From Anolis carolinensis (Eukaryota): a stretch of DNA of 64,000 nt. Positions within the stretch are counted from its first letter, which is position 1. Each line of letters starts with the position of its first letter. The stretch spans positions 8,171,190-8,235,189 of the forward strand of contig NC_085846.1 of assembly GCF_035594765.1 (NCBI RefSeq), written 5' to 3'. Shown here in pieces: positions 1 through 12,199 of the stretch. A model generated the notes under the pieces. That model saw only the letters and a list, made by a program, of their open reading frames with translations. It did not search any database and had not been told where the DNA came from. Position numbers and translations under genes: made by a program.

Positions 1-164
1 TAAAATGTATTATTATTTTATTTACAAAGATCCCCTCCACAGAAGCATTCAACCAATTCCACATATGTCAACACGCTTCTCTTTACCTGCTGTGAAGACC
101 TACTGTATATACACAAAACCTAGAGTGAGAGAGTAAAACAAAGAAGGAAAGCATGGATGCTTAC

Positions 165-279
165 CATTCCCAGGTGGGGGGCTCATATTCATTTGTTTCT
201 CGACCTCATTCTGCAACTCTTTCAACTTCTCGGCTTCCTCCTCCATCTCACGTACTCGAGCTTTAATTGCTTCCAACTC
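165..279 (-). CDS. PABPN1: PABPN1 coding exon 2 (coiled-coil region); later exons lie left of the window
   Basis: 115-nt exon with ttccag acceptor and gtaag donor, encoding [38 protein letters not shown], which matches vertebrate PABPN1 exon 2. Confidence 0.97.
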
Positions 280-980
280 CTGGAATAAAAACGAGTGGAC
301 AGGGAAATGCAGAGGAAGTTGTTAGAAAGTATTCCAGTAGCCCTGAGAGCTTTCTCCCCTTCAAACCTTCAGTTATTGCTGCTGTTTTCCTTGTTACTTC
401 CATCAACATCTAGTGCTTCTCCAGCCACAAGACGCCTGCCACACAATTCCTTTTTTTTCTAGTCATTACTCTCTTCTACAGAACAATCCAAAATCAACTT
501 ACATTATTCAAGCTTGTGTAATCCCAAAAGCCTGTCCCAAAGAGCAAACCCTCAAATCCAGTTCCTTCACTAGATAAATTTCCAGTCATTGACAGGCAGT
601 TATGTCATCTTCCAAAGGCTGGGAGATGTTTGGCTTAACTCAATATGGCCAAACTATTTTTCTCCTAAGTATTTACTTTATGCTCCCAACCCTTTAATTT
701 GCAAGCAAAGGTTAGCAGCATTAAGAAATACTTATTCAAATTTTTCCTTAAGAGATCACCTGCCAAGGATTCTTTTCTCTTCAGCTGCAGTTTCCTGTTG
801 GTTTGCAAACAAGAGGGCTTTCTTTCCAGGACAAGGAGCAAAACAGTCAAGTGGGCTGGCAGAGAAAAGAAGGGTTCCATTCCTCCCCCATTCCCTGCAA
901 GACATTCATAGCTATTTGTGCTGAATTCCTAGTCATGTTGTTAAAATACAAGGCTTCCGCCAAGAAATATTCATTTACTT

Positions 981-1110
981 CAGTGGTTCTCAACCTGGGG
1001 TCCCCAGATGTTTTTTGGCCTACAACTCCCAGAAATCCCAGCCAGTTTACCAACTGTTAGGATTTATGGGAGTTGAAGGCCAAAAACATCTGAGGACCCC
1101 AGGTTGAGAA
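981..1110. mobile_element. hAT-type MITE with SPIN-like TIRs
   Basis: cagtggttctcaacctgggg...ccccaggttgagaa, palindromic body. Confidence 0.7.
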
Positions 1111-1825
1111 TCTTCTTGAAACTGAATTATATGAGTCCCTATTGCCAGATAACCTGGGATAAACATATAATCGGATATCAGATCCTGGGATAAAGGAGCA
1201 GTGTAAAAGGGGCATGTGGGAACAAACTTGGCGGCATACACTTCCATAGACTGAGGCTCCTTCTACACTGCCCGATAATCCAGGCTATCAAAGCAAAACA
1301 TCCACATTATCTGATTTGAACTGGATTACAGTATATTAATCTACACTGCTTATGTTTTTAGATTGTGTGATTTTAAGAAATTGTTTTAATTGACAAGTTT
1401 TAATGATGTGATTTTAAAGTATATGTTGTTTATGTTGTTATATGTTCAGAGCATTGAATTGTGCCCTTGTTGTAAACTGCCCTAAATCCCCTTCAGAGTG
1501 AGATGGGCGGGATATAAATAAATAAAATAAAAATTAAAAGAAGATGAGGATTTTAAACAGCTGTGTAGAAGGGAGCAATGTTTATTGACTTGGATGCATA
1601 AAGTGAAGGGCCTATTTGACTTAAGTGTACTCCATCAGATGGATAATAGGATGAGCTTTTGTAGACGAAAAGCTTACTTCATAAGATGCATGGAGTAAAG
1701 TATTTAGGAACACACCTTTAGAAAACTCCATGGATAGTCTATAGGTTTGTTTCTAGACCCTAAGGAGGTAGACTTAAGCTTAGAAATAGACCCTTCACTC
1801 CCTGTATCTTTGCGGGGAGGCAGAT

Positions 1826-2361
1826 GCTTTGGGTCCAACCTGTCTTCGAGACCGCATCTCCTATGAACCGGCGCAAGCCTAGAGATCTGCCCGAGAGGCC
1901 CTTCGCTTGGTCCCACCCCCATCTCAAATACAGTTGGTGGGGATGAGAGCGCCTTCTCAGTAGTGGCTCCACAGCTCTGGAATTCACTACCTAAAGAAAT
2001 TAGACTTGCTCCCACCCTTCAGGCCTTTCGGATGGATTTAAAAACATGGCTCTTCTGACAGGCCTTTGAGCCTGTATAATTCTGGCCAGCCCAATAACCC
2101 GATTGTGCCACTCCGCACTATATTGCTAATAGTTAACTTATTTGCAAGTTTTATTGTATTTTTAGGAATTTTATAATTCTGACAATTTTTCATGAGATTT
2201 TATGTACATTATCTACTTTATACCTATGTTGTACACTTTATATTTGTGAATTTGTACACTGTGTATTGTGATTCAGATGCAGCAATGTAATACTTCTGCG
2301 AGTCGCCCCGAGTCCCCCTGGGGAAATGGTGTTGGGGTACAAATAAATATTTATTATTATT
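1826..2361 (+). mobile_element. L2 LINE 3' fragment
   Basis: Similar to the end of the L2 ORF2 in this window (RAFSVVAP.LWNSLP), followed by the L2 tail. Confidence 0.8.
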
Positions 2362-2366
2362 TATAA

Positions 2367-4082
2367 CAGTGTTTCTCAACCTGGGAGTCGGGACCCGGGG
2401 GGGGGGGGGGGGGTTGCAAGGGGAGTGTCAGAGGGTCACCAAAGACCATCAGAAAACCATGTCTCCTTTACCATCAGATGGGAGCACTCCCCTCCCCCCC
2501 CCCCCCCCCCCGCGCCAGGTCTAACTGCTATTCTGGACCAGAATGAAGAAGAGGGGGCCAGGAAGACATCTTTCCACCATGTCTCCTGTATCAACTTAAT
2601 GATATAATAATATATAATATTATACTATACTAATATAATATATTGTATATACATGTAATAATAATAATATGATGTAATACAATGTAATAATAATTATAAT
2701 TCACTATTATAATTGTATATTTATATTACATGCAATATTACTAATAATATGGCAATATAGTCATATAATATAATACATTGTATGTATATATACTTGTAAA
2801 CCGCCCTGAGTCCCCTTCAGGGAGAGAAGGGCCAAATATAAATGTCGCTAATACATTAGAGTCTTACTTATCCAACATTTCCTTATCCAACGTTCTGGAT
2901 TATCCAACACATTTTTGTAGTCAATGTTTTCAATACATCGTGATATTTTGGTACTAAATTCGTAAATACAGTAATTACTACGTAGCATTACTGCATATTG
3001 AACGACTCTTTCTGTCAAATTTGTTGTCTAACATGATGTTTTGGTGCTTAATTTGTAAAATCATAACCTAATTTGATGTTTAATAGGCTTCTCCTTAATC
3101 TTTCCTTATTATCCAACATATTTGCTTAACCAACGTTCTGCCAGCCTGTTTATGTTGGATAAGTGAGAGACTATTGTAAATAAATAAATATACTGTATTT
3201 CTGATGGTGTTAGGAACCCCTTAGGGAGAGAAGACTGGATGTAGGTGAACTACAACTCAAAACCCACCAACCCTCCCAGTATTTTCTGTTGGTCATGAGA
3301 GTTCTATTTCATTGTTAGTGGAATTCAGAATGCTCTTTGATTGTTGATTAATTATAAATCCCAGCAACTACAACTCCCAAATGACAAAAATCAATCCCTC
3401 TTTCAACTCTACCAGTATTCAAATATGGGCATATCGGGTATTTGTGCCAAATTCGGTCCAGTGAATGAAAATACATCTGGCATATCAGATATTGACATTA
3501 TGATTTATAAGAGTAGCAAAATTAGAGTTATGAAGTAGCAACAAAAATGTTATGGTTGGAGGGGTCACAACAATGCGAGGAACTGTATTAAAGGGTCGCA
3601 ACACAAGATCCTTAAGGTCATCTGGAGAGGCCCTGCTCTCGGTCCCGCCTGCCTTGCAAATGCGGCTGGTGGGAATGAGGGACAGGGCCTTCTCGGCGGT
3701 GGCTCCCCGGCTGTGGAACACCCTCCCCAGAGAGATCAGACAAGTTCCAACTCTTTTGGGCTTTAGAAGAGCCCTAAAACATGGCTATGTGCCCAGGCTT
3801 TTAATGAATAAATGATAAAGATGGCACAGACTGACCTATGAATAAGGCATGAGGTTTTCGGATGAACGGATCTGACCATATTTATTTTTTTTTAATTTAT
3901 ATACTGTAATTTTATATTGTATTTAATTGTTTTCAACTGAATTTATGTATTGCTGATTGATTTTGTATAGGCATCTAATTGTGCCAGTGTTGTAAGCCGC
4001 CCTGAGTCCCTTCGGGTGAGAAGGGCGGGATATAAATATTGGAAATAACTAAATAAATGAATAGGAACGTGGAGAACTACTG
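2367..4082 (+). mobile_element. Non-autonomous SPIN-like hAT element with nested insertions
   Basis: 5' cagtgtttctcaacctggg; 3' part gaggaactgtattaaagggtcgca...taggaacgtggagaactactg, split by an L2 fragment (3604-4060); mariner-like MITE at 2856-3177. Confidence 0.7.
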
Positions 4083-4211
4083 ACTATTCATTCCATACAC
4101 CTGGGGAGGTAAACCTAAGCTGACAAACAGGCCCTTCACTCCATGCATCTAAGGAGGCAGGCTTAAATAAACGAGCCTTCATTCCATTCATTTGGAGAGA
4201 AAGGCTTCAAC

Positions 4212-4401
4212 CAGGCATGGGCCAACTTGGGCCCTCCCTCCAGGTGTTTTGGACTGCAACTCCCACCATTCTTGACAGCCTCAGGCCCCTTCCTTTTCCC
4301 CCTCAGCCGCTTAAGCGGCTGAGGGGGAAAAGGAAGGGGCCTGAGGCTGTGAGGAATGGTGGGAGTTGAAATCCAAAACACCCTGAGGGCCAAAGTTTGG
4401 C
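4212..4401. mobile_element. Palindromic hAT-like MITE (centre cagccgcttaagcggctg); other copies at 8257-8454, 19850-19953, 33951-34064, 54574-54707 and 57237-57431
   Basis: caggcatgggc TIRs, near-perfect fold-back, multiple copies in the window. Confidence 0.8.
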
Positions 4402-5400
4402 TAGAACAAGGCCTTGGCTCCCTGCTTGCGGGGCCTCACCGGGTCTTCGATGGCGGAGTCCCCGGCGTCGCTCTCCCCGAGGCCGGCCTCCTCCTCCAGC
4501 TCCTCGGCGGCGTGTGGGAGGTGGGCCCCGGCCTGCCCGGCTCGGGAAGGCAGCGAGGCGGAGGCGGAGAGAGCTCCGCGGGGCCCGGTCCCCCTGCCGC
4601 CGCCGCCTCCTCCTACCGCTCCTCCTCCGCCCGCCGCTCCCCCGGCGCCTCCTCCTCCTCCGGCCTCGAGCAGCAGCTCCTCGTCCTCGTCGTCCTCCTC
4701 GTCGTCCACCTCGCGGCGGCCCCTGCCTACCTCCCCGCCGGGGCCTCCTCCTCCGCCTCCTCCGCCCCCGAGGCCGTTTCCGTACTGCGAGGAGGAGGAG
4801 GACGAAGAAGGCAGGCCGCCGAGGCCTCCGCCGGGCTCCCCTTCCCCGGCCAAGGCCGCCGCCGCCGCCAGGGCTCCGCGCCCGCCGCCGCTCGTGCCCC
4901 GCACCGACGCCATAGACCCCGCCACTGCCGCCTGCCGCACCGCCGCGCTCCGATTGGACGCTCCGCGCCCGGCGCTCCCATTGGACGGCTCCCCACGCTG
5001 CCGCCCAGCCGCCATTGGTCCGCCCGCAGCCTCGCGCCCTCGGCGTCGAAGCCTATTGGTGGACTTTCCTTGTCAGTCACAGCGACGCGGGTTACCATTG
5101 GACGTCGCTCCTAGGTGGGGAAAACGTTAGGCATGGTTGGTTCGAAAAAGCCTCGTCGCCGCCCTCTAGTCGGATTGGGTAGAAATCATTGGCCGGGCTT
5201 TTTTGTCAATCATAATGAATCGGGCTGCGATTGGGTGGCACACCGGTTCCACATAGGTAGCGCTGGTTGGTTCTGGAAAGTGCCTTATCACCGTCCTGCT
5301 GCCTGGTTGGGCAGAGCTCAAGTTCTTACCCGCCTCCTTTTCTCTGATTAGAAGCAACGGCTATCAATTAATGGAATGGCTAGGAAAGGATTGGTGGGTG
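4400..5400 (-). promoter_or_regulatory. PABPN1 CpG island and CCAAT-box-rich promoter
   Basis: Very high GC/CpG. ATTGG (CCAAT on -) at 4953, 4980, 5014, 5055, 5097, 5174, 5188, 5230 and 5390. Confidence 0.8.
4440..4913 (-). CDS. PABPN1: PABPN1 coding exon 1 (low-complexity acidic N-terminus, 158 codons)
   Basis: CpG-island ORF with PABPN1 anchors AGEGEPGG, YGNGL, EELLLE and GESDAGDSAIEDP, then a GTGAG donor (phase 0, matches exon 2). ATG 4913 preferred; an in-frame ATG at 5015 lies within a CCAAT box. Confidence 0.9.
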
Positions 5401-5756
5401 CACTCAGCATGCATACAATCATAAAGTATTAGAATTGGAGGAGACCACGTGGGCCATCTAGTCCAACCCACTGCCATGTAGGAAAAGCACAATCAAAGTA
5501 CCCCCAACAGATGACCATCCAGCCTCTGTTTGAAAGTGTCCAAGGAAGGAGCTTCCACCACCCATTCATGTGGGCAAGCAGATAGTTTTTCTTTTCTTTT
5601 TGAAAGTTAATTGACAATTTAATAGACTTTAATAGATCGTTTTTATTATTAAATAAATGTAATAGATAGTTTTTTTGATGTTGTGAAATATGTTTTGTTG
5701 GTCTTTTATTGTGATTTGTTTTTTAATACTGTTTATCTGTATTATATTTTAATTTA

Positions 5757-7545
5757 TTAGCTTGGGGACCTGGCGTTGCCTTGGTTATTTGAAAAAGTCA
5801 AACATTTTGATTAAGATTGTGGGTGAATTACAACTCACATCATGCCAAGTGAACCCCTAGAAACTCCATCAGTGCTTAAAGTTTGTTATGTTGGGCATGT
5901 TTGCTCAGGATGCATCATGGGTGGGGTTCAGGGTGCTCTCTGGCTGTAGGGTGAACTATAACTCCCACTATGGTGAGTCAGTTCCCTCAAACCCCTCCAG
6001 TAGTTGAGTTAGTCATGGGGGTTCTGTGTGCCAAGTTTGGTCCAGGTCCATCATCGGTGAAGGACACAGTTTCTCTGGTTGTGGGTGAACTACAACTCCC
6101 AGAAAAGAAGGTCAGTTCCCCCCAAATCCCTCCAGTAATCAAATTTCAGCATATCAGGTATGTGTGCCAAGTTTGGTCCAGATCCATCAGTGTTTGGGTT
6201 CACATTGCTCTCAGGATATAGGTGAACTACAACTCCCTCAAATCAAGGTGAATTACCCCCAAAGACTTCCAGTATTTCTTGCTGGACATGGGGGCTCTGT
6301 GTGCCAAGTTTGGTCCAATTCCATCTTTGGTGGAGTTCAGAGTGCTCATTGGTTGCAGGTGAACTATAAATCCCAGTACCTACAGCTCCAAAATGACCAG
6401 GCCAGTTCCCTCAAAACACACCAGTATTCAAATTTGGGCATATTTGGTATGCATGCCAAGTTTGGTCCAGATCCATCATTGTTTGTGTTCATAGTGCACG
6501 CTGGATGTATTAATTTTTTTATTAGCGACATTTATATCCCGCCGTTCTCACCCCGAAGGGGACTCAGGGCGGCTTACAAGCCATATGTACATACAATATA
6601 TTATATTATTCGTATAGCACAATGTAAGCGTTATATATTACTATATTGTACTATAACACTATATTGTAATATTATTAGTAATATTACATATAATATAAAT
6701 ATACCATTATAATAGTGTATTATTATTATTATATTGTATTACATTATAATAGGGGCCCCTGGTGGCACAGTGTGTTAGAGTGCTGAGCTGCTAAACTTGC
6801 GGAATGGAAGGTGCCAGGTTCAAATCCCGGGAGTGGAATGAGCGCCCGCTGCCAGCATAGCAGTTCGAAAACATGCAAATGTGAGTAGATCAATAGGTAC
6901 TGCTCCGGTGGGAAGGTAACGGCACTCCATGCAGTCATGCCGGCCACATGACCTTGGAGGTGTCTATGGACAACGCTGGCTCTTTGGCTTAGAAATGGAG
7001 ATGAGCACCAACCCCCAGAGTCGGTCACGACTGAACTTAACATCAGGGGAAACCTTTATCTGTAATTACATTATAATATTGTTAATATTCTATGCATATA
7101 CAATATATTATATTATTAGTATAGCATAATTATAATTATTGCATGTTAATATAATAGTAGGTGAACTACAACTCCTATAAATCCCTCCAAAGACCTCTAG
7201 TATTTTTGTTGGTCACAGGGGGTTCTGTGTGCCAAATGAATTCCAGGTCCATCATTGGCGGAGTTCAGAGTGCTCTTGGATTGCAGGTGAACTATACATC
7301 CCAGTACCTTAAACTCCTATAAATCATGGTGCATTTTTCACAAATCTCTCTAGTATGTTCAGTTGCTGATCAATTCCTCTTTTTGCTGTGAAAATAATAG
7401 GAAAGGGTTATGGGAGAGGCAGTGGGCAGGATCATGCAAATTCCATACCAATTGAGAGAGTAAGGAACACTGGGATGTCCGTGGTGGAAGAAACACATAA
7501 AATCTAAAATGAAATTGTCCCTGTATGAAAGCCTTAACTTGGGTG
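5757..7545 (+). mobile_element. Repeat with internal ~135-bp tandem units (possibly a non-autonomous Helitron/Helentron), interrupted by SINEs
   Basis: ggtgaactacaactccc...gtgccaagtttggtcca units at ~5822, 5950, 6084, 6221, 6358, 7160 and 7286; family assignment tentative. Confidence 0.5.
6752..7060 (+). mobile_element. Sauria SINE; other copies at 23363-23557 (-) and 62130-62455 (-)
   Basis: tRNA-like head (tggcacagtg, ggttcaaatccc), body gagtagatcaataggtac, Bov-B-like tail cagagtcggtcacgactg...aaccttta. Confidence 0.85.
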
Positions 7546-8489
7546 GTGGGCAGAATGGTGTTTGTGGAGGACATTGGCCAGGCTCTCGGACATCTTTGGA
7601 GGCTTTTGAACAGAAACTGAGTGGCCATCTGTCAGGGCTGCTTTGAATGCAATTTTCCTGCTTCTTGGTTGGGGGTTGGACTGGATGGCCCACGAGGTCT
7701 CTTCCAGCTCATTATGATTGGACAGCATGATGTCAATCATGTAGCAAGTGGCTTTTCTATTGGCCAAGTTAGCATTTCTCACTAGACACTCTAATAGATG
7801 GAATTCCTTTTAGCCCAGCCTTTTCCCTCCAAGGCCATTTCAACCTGCAATTTTCTATTGGCCAGTGAAGCTAGTAACTCTAACGCTATTGGATGCTCGT
7901 TTAATGGCGCTAGCTTCTCTTTTTTCTTATTGGCTGCCTTTTTACTATAGTCTTCCACGATTGGCCAGACCAAATCTAAGCAGCGCTCTCTACATGATCA
8001 GGTTTCCCACTGCAGTTAGGAGAGTTGACCGTGTTGTGAAAAGGACAAATATCAATTAATAATTAATACTTAATTAACAATTAATGAGGATAAATAATTA
8101 ACAATATGGCCTCTTAGTCTAAATGGCAGGTCTGTATTTCTGAAACTTGATATGCTTTTGTGGCAAAGAACAAAATAAAGTGAGATAAATTGGAGTTTTT
8201 AGAATGTATTTATCCAAAAATATTTGAATAATAACAATAATGCAGAGAGAATAGGGCAGGCATGGGTGAACTTTGGCCCTCCGGGTGTTTTGGACTGCAA
8301 CTCCCAGCATTCCTAACAGCCTCAGGCCCTTTCCTTTTGCCCCTCAGCCGCTTAAGCGGCTGAGGGGCAAAAGGAAGGGGCCTGAGGCTGTTAGGAATGC
8401 TGGGAGTTGCAGTCCAAAACACATGGATGGAAGGCCCAAGTTTGCCCATGCCTGCTCTACACTGTCGAAATACTTTCCTGTCCATGGGG

Positions 8490-9745
8490 ACTCCAAGATC
8501 TTTTTCATATATCCTGCTGTCATATCAGGCATCCCCCATTCTGTCTCTTTACATTTCATTTTTTCTGCCTAAGGGAAGCTTTTTGCATTTGTCCTTGTTG
8601 AACTTTTGTTAGTTTCGGCCAATTTCTCTCGAGTCTGTTGGGATCGTTTTGAATTCTGCTCCTGTCTTCTGCAGTATTGGCTCTCCCAATTTGGTGTCGT
8701 CTGCAAACTTGATGATCATGCCTTCTAACCCTTCATCTAAGTCAATGATGGGCAACCTTTTGCACTTGGTGTGTCAAAATTCACCAGAAACCTAACATGA
8801 CTTGGGTGGTGTGTCACTTTGAGAAAAAAAAACCCATAATTTTGCAATATGTATAGTTTAAATAACAAAAATGTATAATTGTAATGTATAACTGTATTTA
8901 ACAAATCAAAAACTATTTACTACAGTAGAGTCTCACTTATCCAAGCCTCGCTTATCCAAGCCTCTGGATAATCCAAGCCATTTTTGTAGTCAATGTTTTC
9001 AATATATCGTGATATTTTGGTGCTAAATTCGTAAATACAGTAATTACAACATAACATTACTATGTATTGAACTACTTTTTCTGTCAAATTTGTTGTCTAA
9101 CATGATGTTTTGGCGCTTAATTTGTAAAATCATAACCTAATTTGATGTTTAATAGGCTTTTCCTTAATGCTTCCTTATTATCCAACATATTTGCTTATCC
9201 AACATTCTGCCGGCCCGTTTATGTTGGATAAGTGAGACTCTACTGTATTTCCATGTACAACAATCTATGGTACCTCTTGCAGTTTCCACCCTGCTTTCTC
9301 TCTATTCTAGTTTCAATGTAGTCATGAATAATGAATAATAGAATAATAATATAATAGTAATAATATGATAAAATAATAATAGAATAATAATAGAATGATA
9401 TAATATATATATAAATGTAATGTGCATAATTCCCGTGGAGTAAACAACAAAACCACTGGACCAAATCACACCAAATTTGGCCACAAAAGACATAGTCACC
9501 CAATCAATCTGCATGCGGCAGCGTGTCAGCAAAAATGACTAGGCGTGTCAGTGCTGAGACGCGTGTCATAGGTTGGCCATCACTGATCTAAGTCATGAAT
9601 CAAGATCCTAAACAGAACCGGGCCCAGGACAGAACCCTGCTTATGGCACTCCATTCATCACTTCTTTCCAGGATGAAGAGGAAGCATTGGGGAGAATCAC
9701 CTTTCGGTTTGTTCACTTAACTAATTACAGATCCACCTAGCCTAG
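8490..9745 (-). mobile_element. CR1 LINE fragment interrupted by a hAT element
   Basis: Reverse-strand CR1 RT sequence (KFADDTKLG, QGSVLGPVLF) on both sides of the 8743-9585 insertion. Confidence 0.75.
8743..9585 (+). mobile_element. Non-autonomous hAT transposon with 8-bp TSD ATCTAAGT, containing a mariner-like MITE (8923-9245)
   Basis: TIRs caatgatgggcaacct / aggttggccatcactg; TSD at 8735-8742 and 9586-9593. Confidence 0.9.
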
Positions 9746-10169
9746 TTTTGCCTAGGCTGAGGCTGAGGCTAAAAGGCTTGTGATAGAATTGGCAGATGAG
9801 GAAGGCATTCCATAACTCCGGCTCCAGACACTGTTTATAAATCCTTTGTTAATAACGTTCCCCAGGAGAGGAGTCGCTTTGGGAGTTTCATCTCGCATAA
9901 TGTTTTGTGGCAATGTCTGCCAGTTCAGGAGTTTCACTAATATGGAGACTAAGAATAGAGGCTTAAGGTGCCTCTCCAAGGCAAAAGCGGAGAGTGAAAG
10001 GCCCCATGAGGTAATCTGGATTCAGAAACCGGGTTGTATGACAGTGTAGATCCATTCAGAGAAAGAAACAGGATTATAAAAGTGGCTGAAACAGTGGGAT
10101 GGTAGAGCATTAACTGGGACTTCCCTGCCAAATGGAACCTTTTGGACCAAACTAGAATGCTCAGGATGG

Positions 10170-10490
10170 ATTTACATTGCCATATAATCCAGTTTCCGAA
10201 TCCAGATTATCTGCTTTGAACTGCATTATATGAGTCCACACTGCCATATAAGATAGTTCAAAGGAGATATTGTGGATTCAGAAACTGAATTATATGGCAG
10301 TATATTTATCTGACTTGGATTATATGGCAGTGCCTTTATCTGAGGCCCCTTCTACACTGCCATATAGTCCAGATTGTCAAATCAGATAACCAACATTATC
10401 TGCTTTGAATTGAATTATGTGAGTCTACATTGCAATATAATCTGGTTCAAAGCAGATGATCTGGATTTTATATGGCAGTGTAGAAGGGAT
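10170..10490. mobile_element. PIF/Harbinger-like palindromic MITEs (ggccccttctacactgcc family); also ~27000-27365, 58305-58447 and 59006-59503
   Basis: Fold-back copies; 3-bp TSD TCA seen at 59423-59425 and 59504-59506. Confidence 0.65.
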
Positions 10491-10529
10491 CCGATTGAAA
10501 GTCAAAGGATGCATCTACACTGTAGAATT

Positions 10530-10915
10530 TGTCAGAGTAATTTGCAGCGCAGCAGCAGTTGGATGGAATCAGTGGAACACAGAACGAAGTGACACCAAGA
10601 CTTTAGTAAAACTATATACAAAGTTTTACTGTAAGCAGTAATAATCAAGACAAACAGACTTGCAGACAAACACAGGACTTGACTTTCACTCTAGGCAGAC
10701 AGCACTCAACTCAGAACGGATGCAATCAGTAATGCACACATACTTGTGTCTGGACACTCCTCCCTGGTTCCAGCCACACATCAAGGTCATCACAGCTTCT
10801 TAGTAATTAACTCTTTCCAAACTATAGTACACTCTGGATGATGCAATCAGTATGCAATACAGACAAGACACAAATTTCATTTAAACACTACCAATACACA
10901 AATCCCACATAAACA
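10530..10915 (-). mobile_element. Solo LTR (TG...CA, 386 bp) inserted in a palindromic MITE
   Basis: TG/CA ends, 5-bp TSD gaatt/gaaat; the host MITE continues on both sides; orientation tentative. Confidence 0.6.
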
Positions 10916-11371
10916 GAAATTAAGGCAGTTTGACCCCACTTTCACTGCCATGGCTCGATGTTATGGAATCCTGGGAGCCGTAGTTTGGTGAGGCCCCAGT
11001 CCTCTTTGTCAGAGAAGTCTGAAGACCTTGCCATACTACAGCTCCCAGGATTCCAAAGCATTGAGTTGTAGTAGTTAAAGTGGTGTCGAACTGCATTACG
11101 TCTATAGTGTAGATTCAACTGAAGTCAGCTAAGAAGGCAGGAGGAAGCCATGCTCTCCTCCAAATATTTAATAGCCCTTGATAATACGTTATTGAGTGAT
11201 ATTGACTTTGCCAGGGCTATTAAGGCAACCCTTTGTCCAAACTGCAACATTAGAAGCATAAAATGAATTTAATTGAGTGATTCATGGTTATATAACCCAA
11301 ACCTCCGAAGTTTATGACTGTTTCTCTTACAGCCACCTTTCCTGGAGAGGAAACTGATAGAAAGAAAACTC

Positions 11372-12085
11372 TGGATGCATCCACACTAGAATTAATGCAG
11401 TTTGACACCACTTTTGCCACACTGGCTCAGTGCTATGGGGCCGTGGGAGTTGTCATTTTCCAAGGTCTTCTGCCTTCTCTACAAAGAGTGCTGATGCTTC
11501 AACAGTATCTTCCAGGTTAGCACTGACCATGGCAGCAAAAGTGAAGTCAAACTGCATTTATTCTCAAGTGTAGATGCACCCACCATTGGATTTGTTCTTT
11601 AGGGGCTCAGCTCTGCCTTTGCCTGTGAGCGATAGCAGAACATTGGTGAAAGTGCTGGAATGCTTCTCCGCTGTAGACCATCTGCTGCATCACTGACCAC
11701 AAATAAAGCTTACCTTACAGTGATAATGTGCCTCCATGTTCAGGACTGAATGGAGTCTTGGTGAGGCCTGGAACTGAGCCCAGTTTCAGAACAGAGCTCT
11801 GTATGTGGGTAGATGGGTGGGGGTTATGTTTGGATCAGAAAGATGGAATAAATGTGAGTAGGAGGTATTTTTCAGATGTCGCTTCAAATTAAGGAAGGCA
11901 GATTGAATTCGGGGTGCATCTATATTGCAAAATTAATGCAGTTTGGGGAGGCTGTAGTCTGGGGAGGCACCAGCACTCTTTAGCAGAGAAGGCCAAAGAT
12001 GTTGTAAAACTTCGACTCAATTCCATCACATTGAGCCATGCCAGTTAAAGTGGTGTCAAACTGCATTAATTCTACCATTTAGATC
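11372..12085. mobile_element. Harbinger-like MITEs (gggtgcatctacactgtagaatta family); also 10508-11115, 17890-18112, 18720-18900, 60729-61190 and 62749-62968
   Basis: Palindromic ~210-bp copies; TTA TSD around the 62.7-kb copy. Confidence 0.65.
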
Positions 12086-12199
12086 AGTCAGTCAGTCTGT
12101 GATAAGGTCCATTCCTAGGCATGGATGGGCAGACTGGCACATCTCAGTTTAAATTAGGGCTGATGAATAAAGTGCATGGGTCAGATAAGTAGGGCAAAA

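Noticed and set aside
4356-5130. Overlapping long ORFs (252, 238, 172 and 123 aa)
   Set aside because: Stop-poor shadows of the GC-rich PABPN1 exon 1; only the minus frame has PABPN1 anchors and a matching donor
5815-6500. Regularly spaced repeats resembling a CRISPR array
   Set aside because: Whole ~135-bp units are homologous (no unique spacers), there are no cas genes, and the context is vertebrate
6752-6835. tRNA genes at SINE heads (also 21425, 58283, 62455)
   Set aside because: A/B boxes only, no full cloverleaf, continuous with SINE bodies
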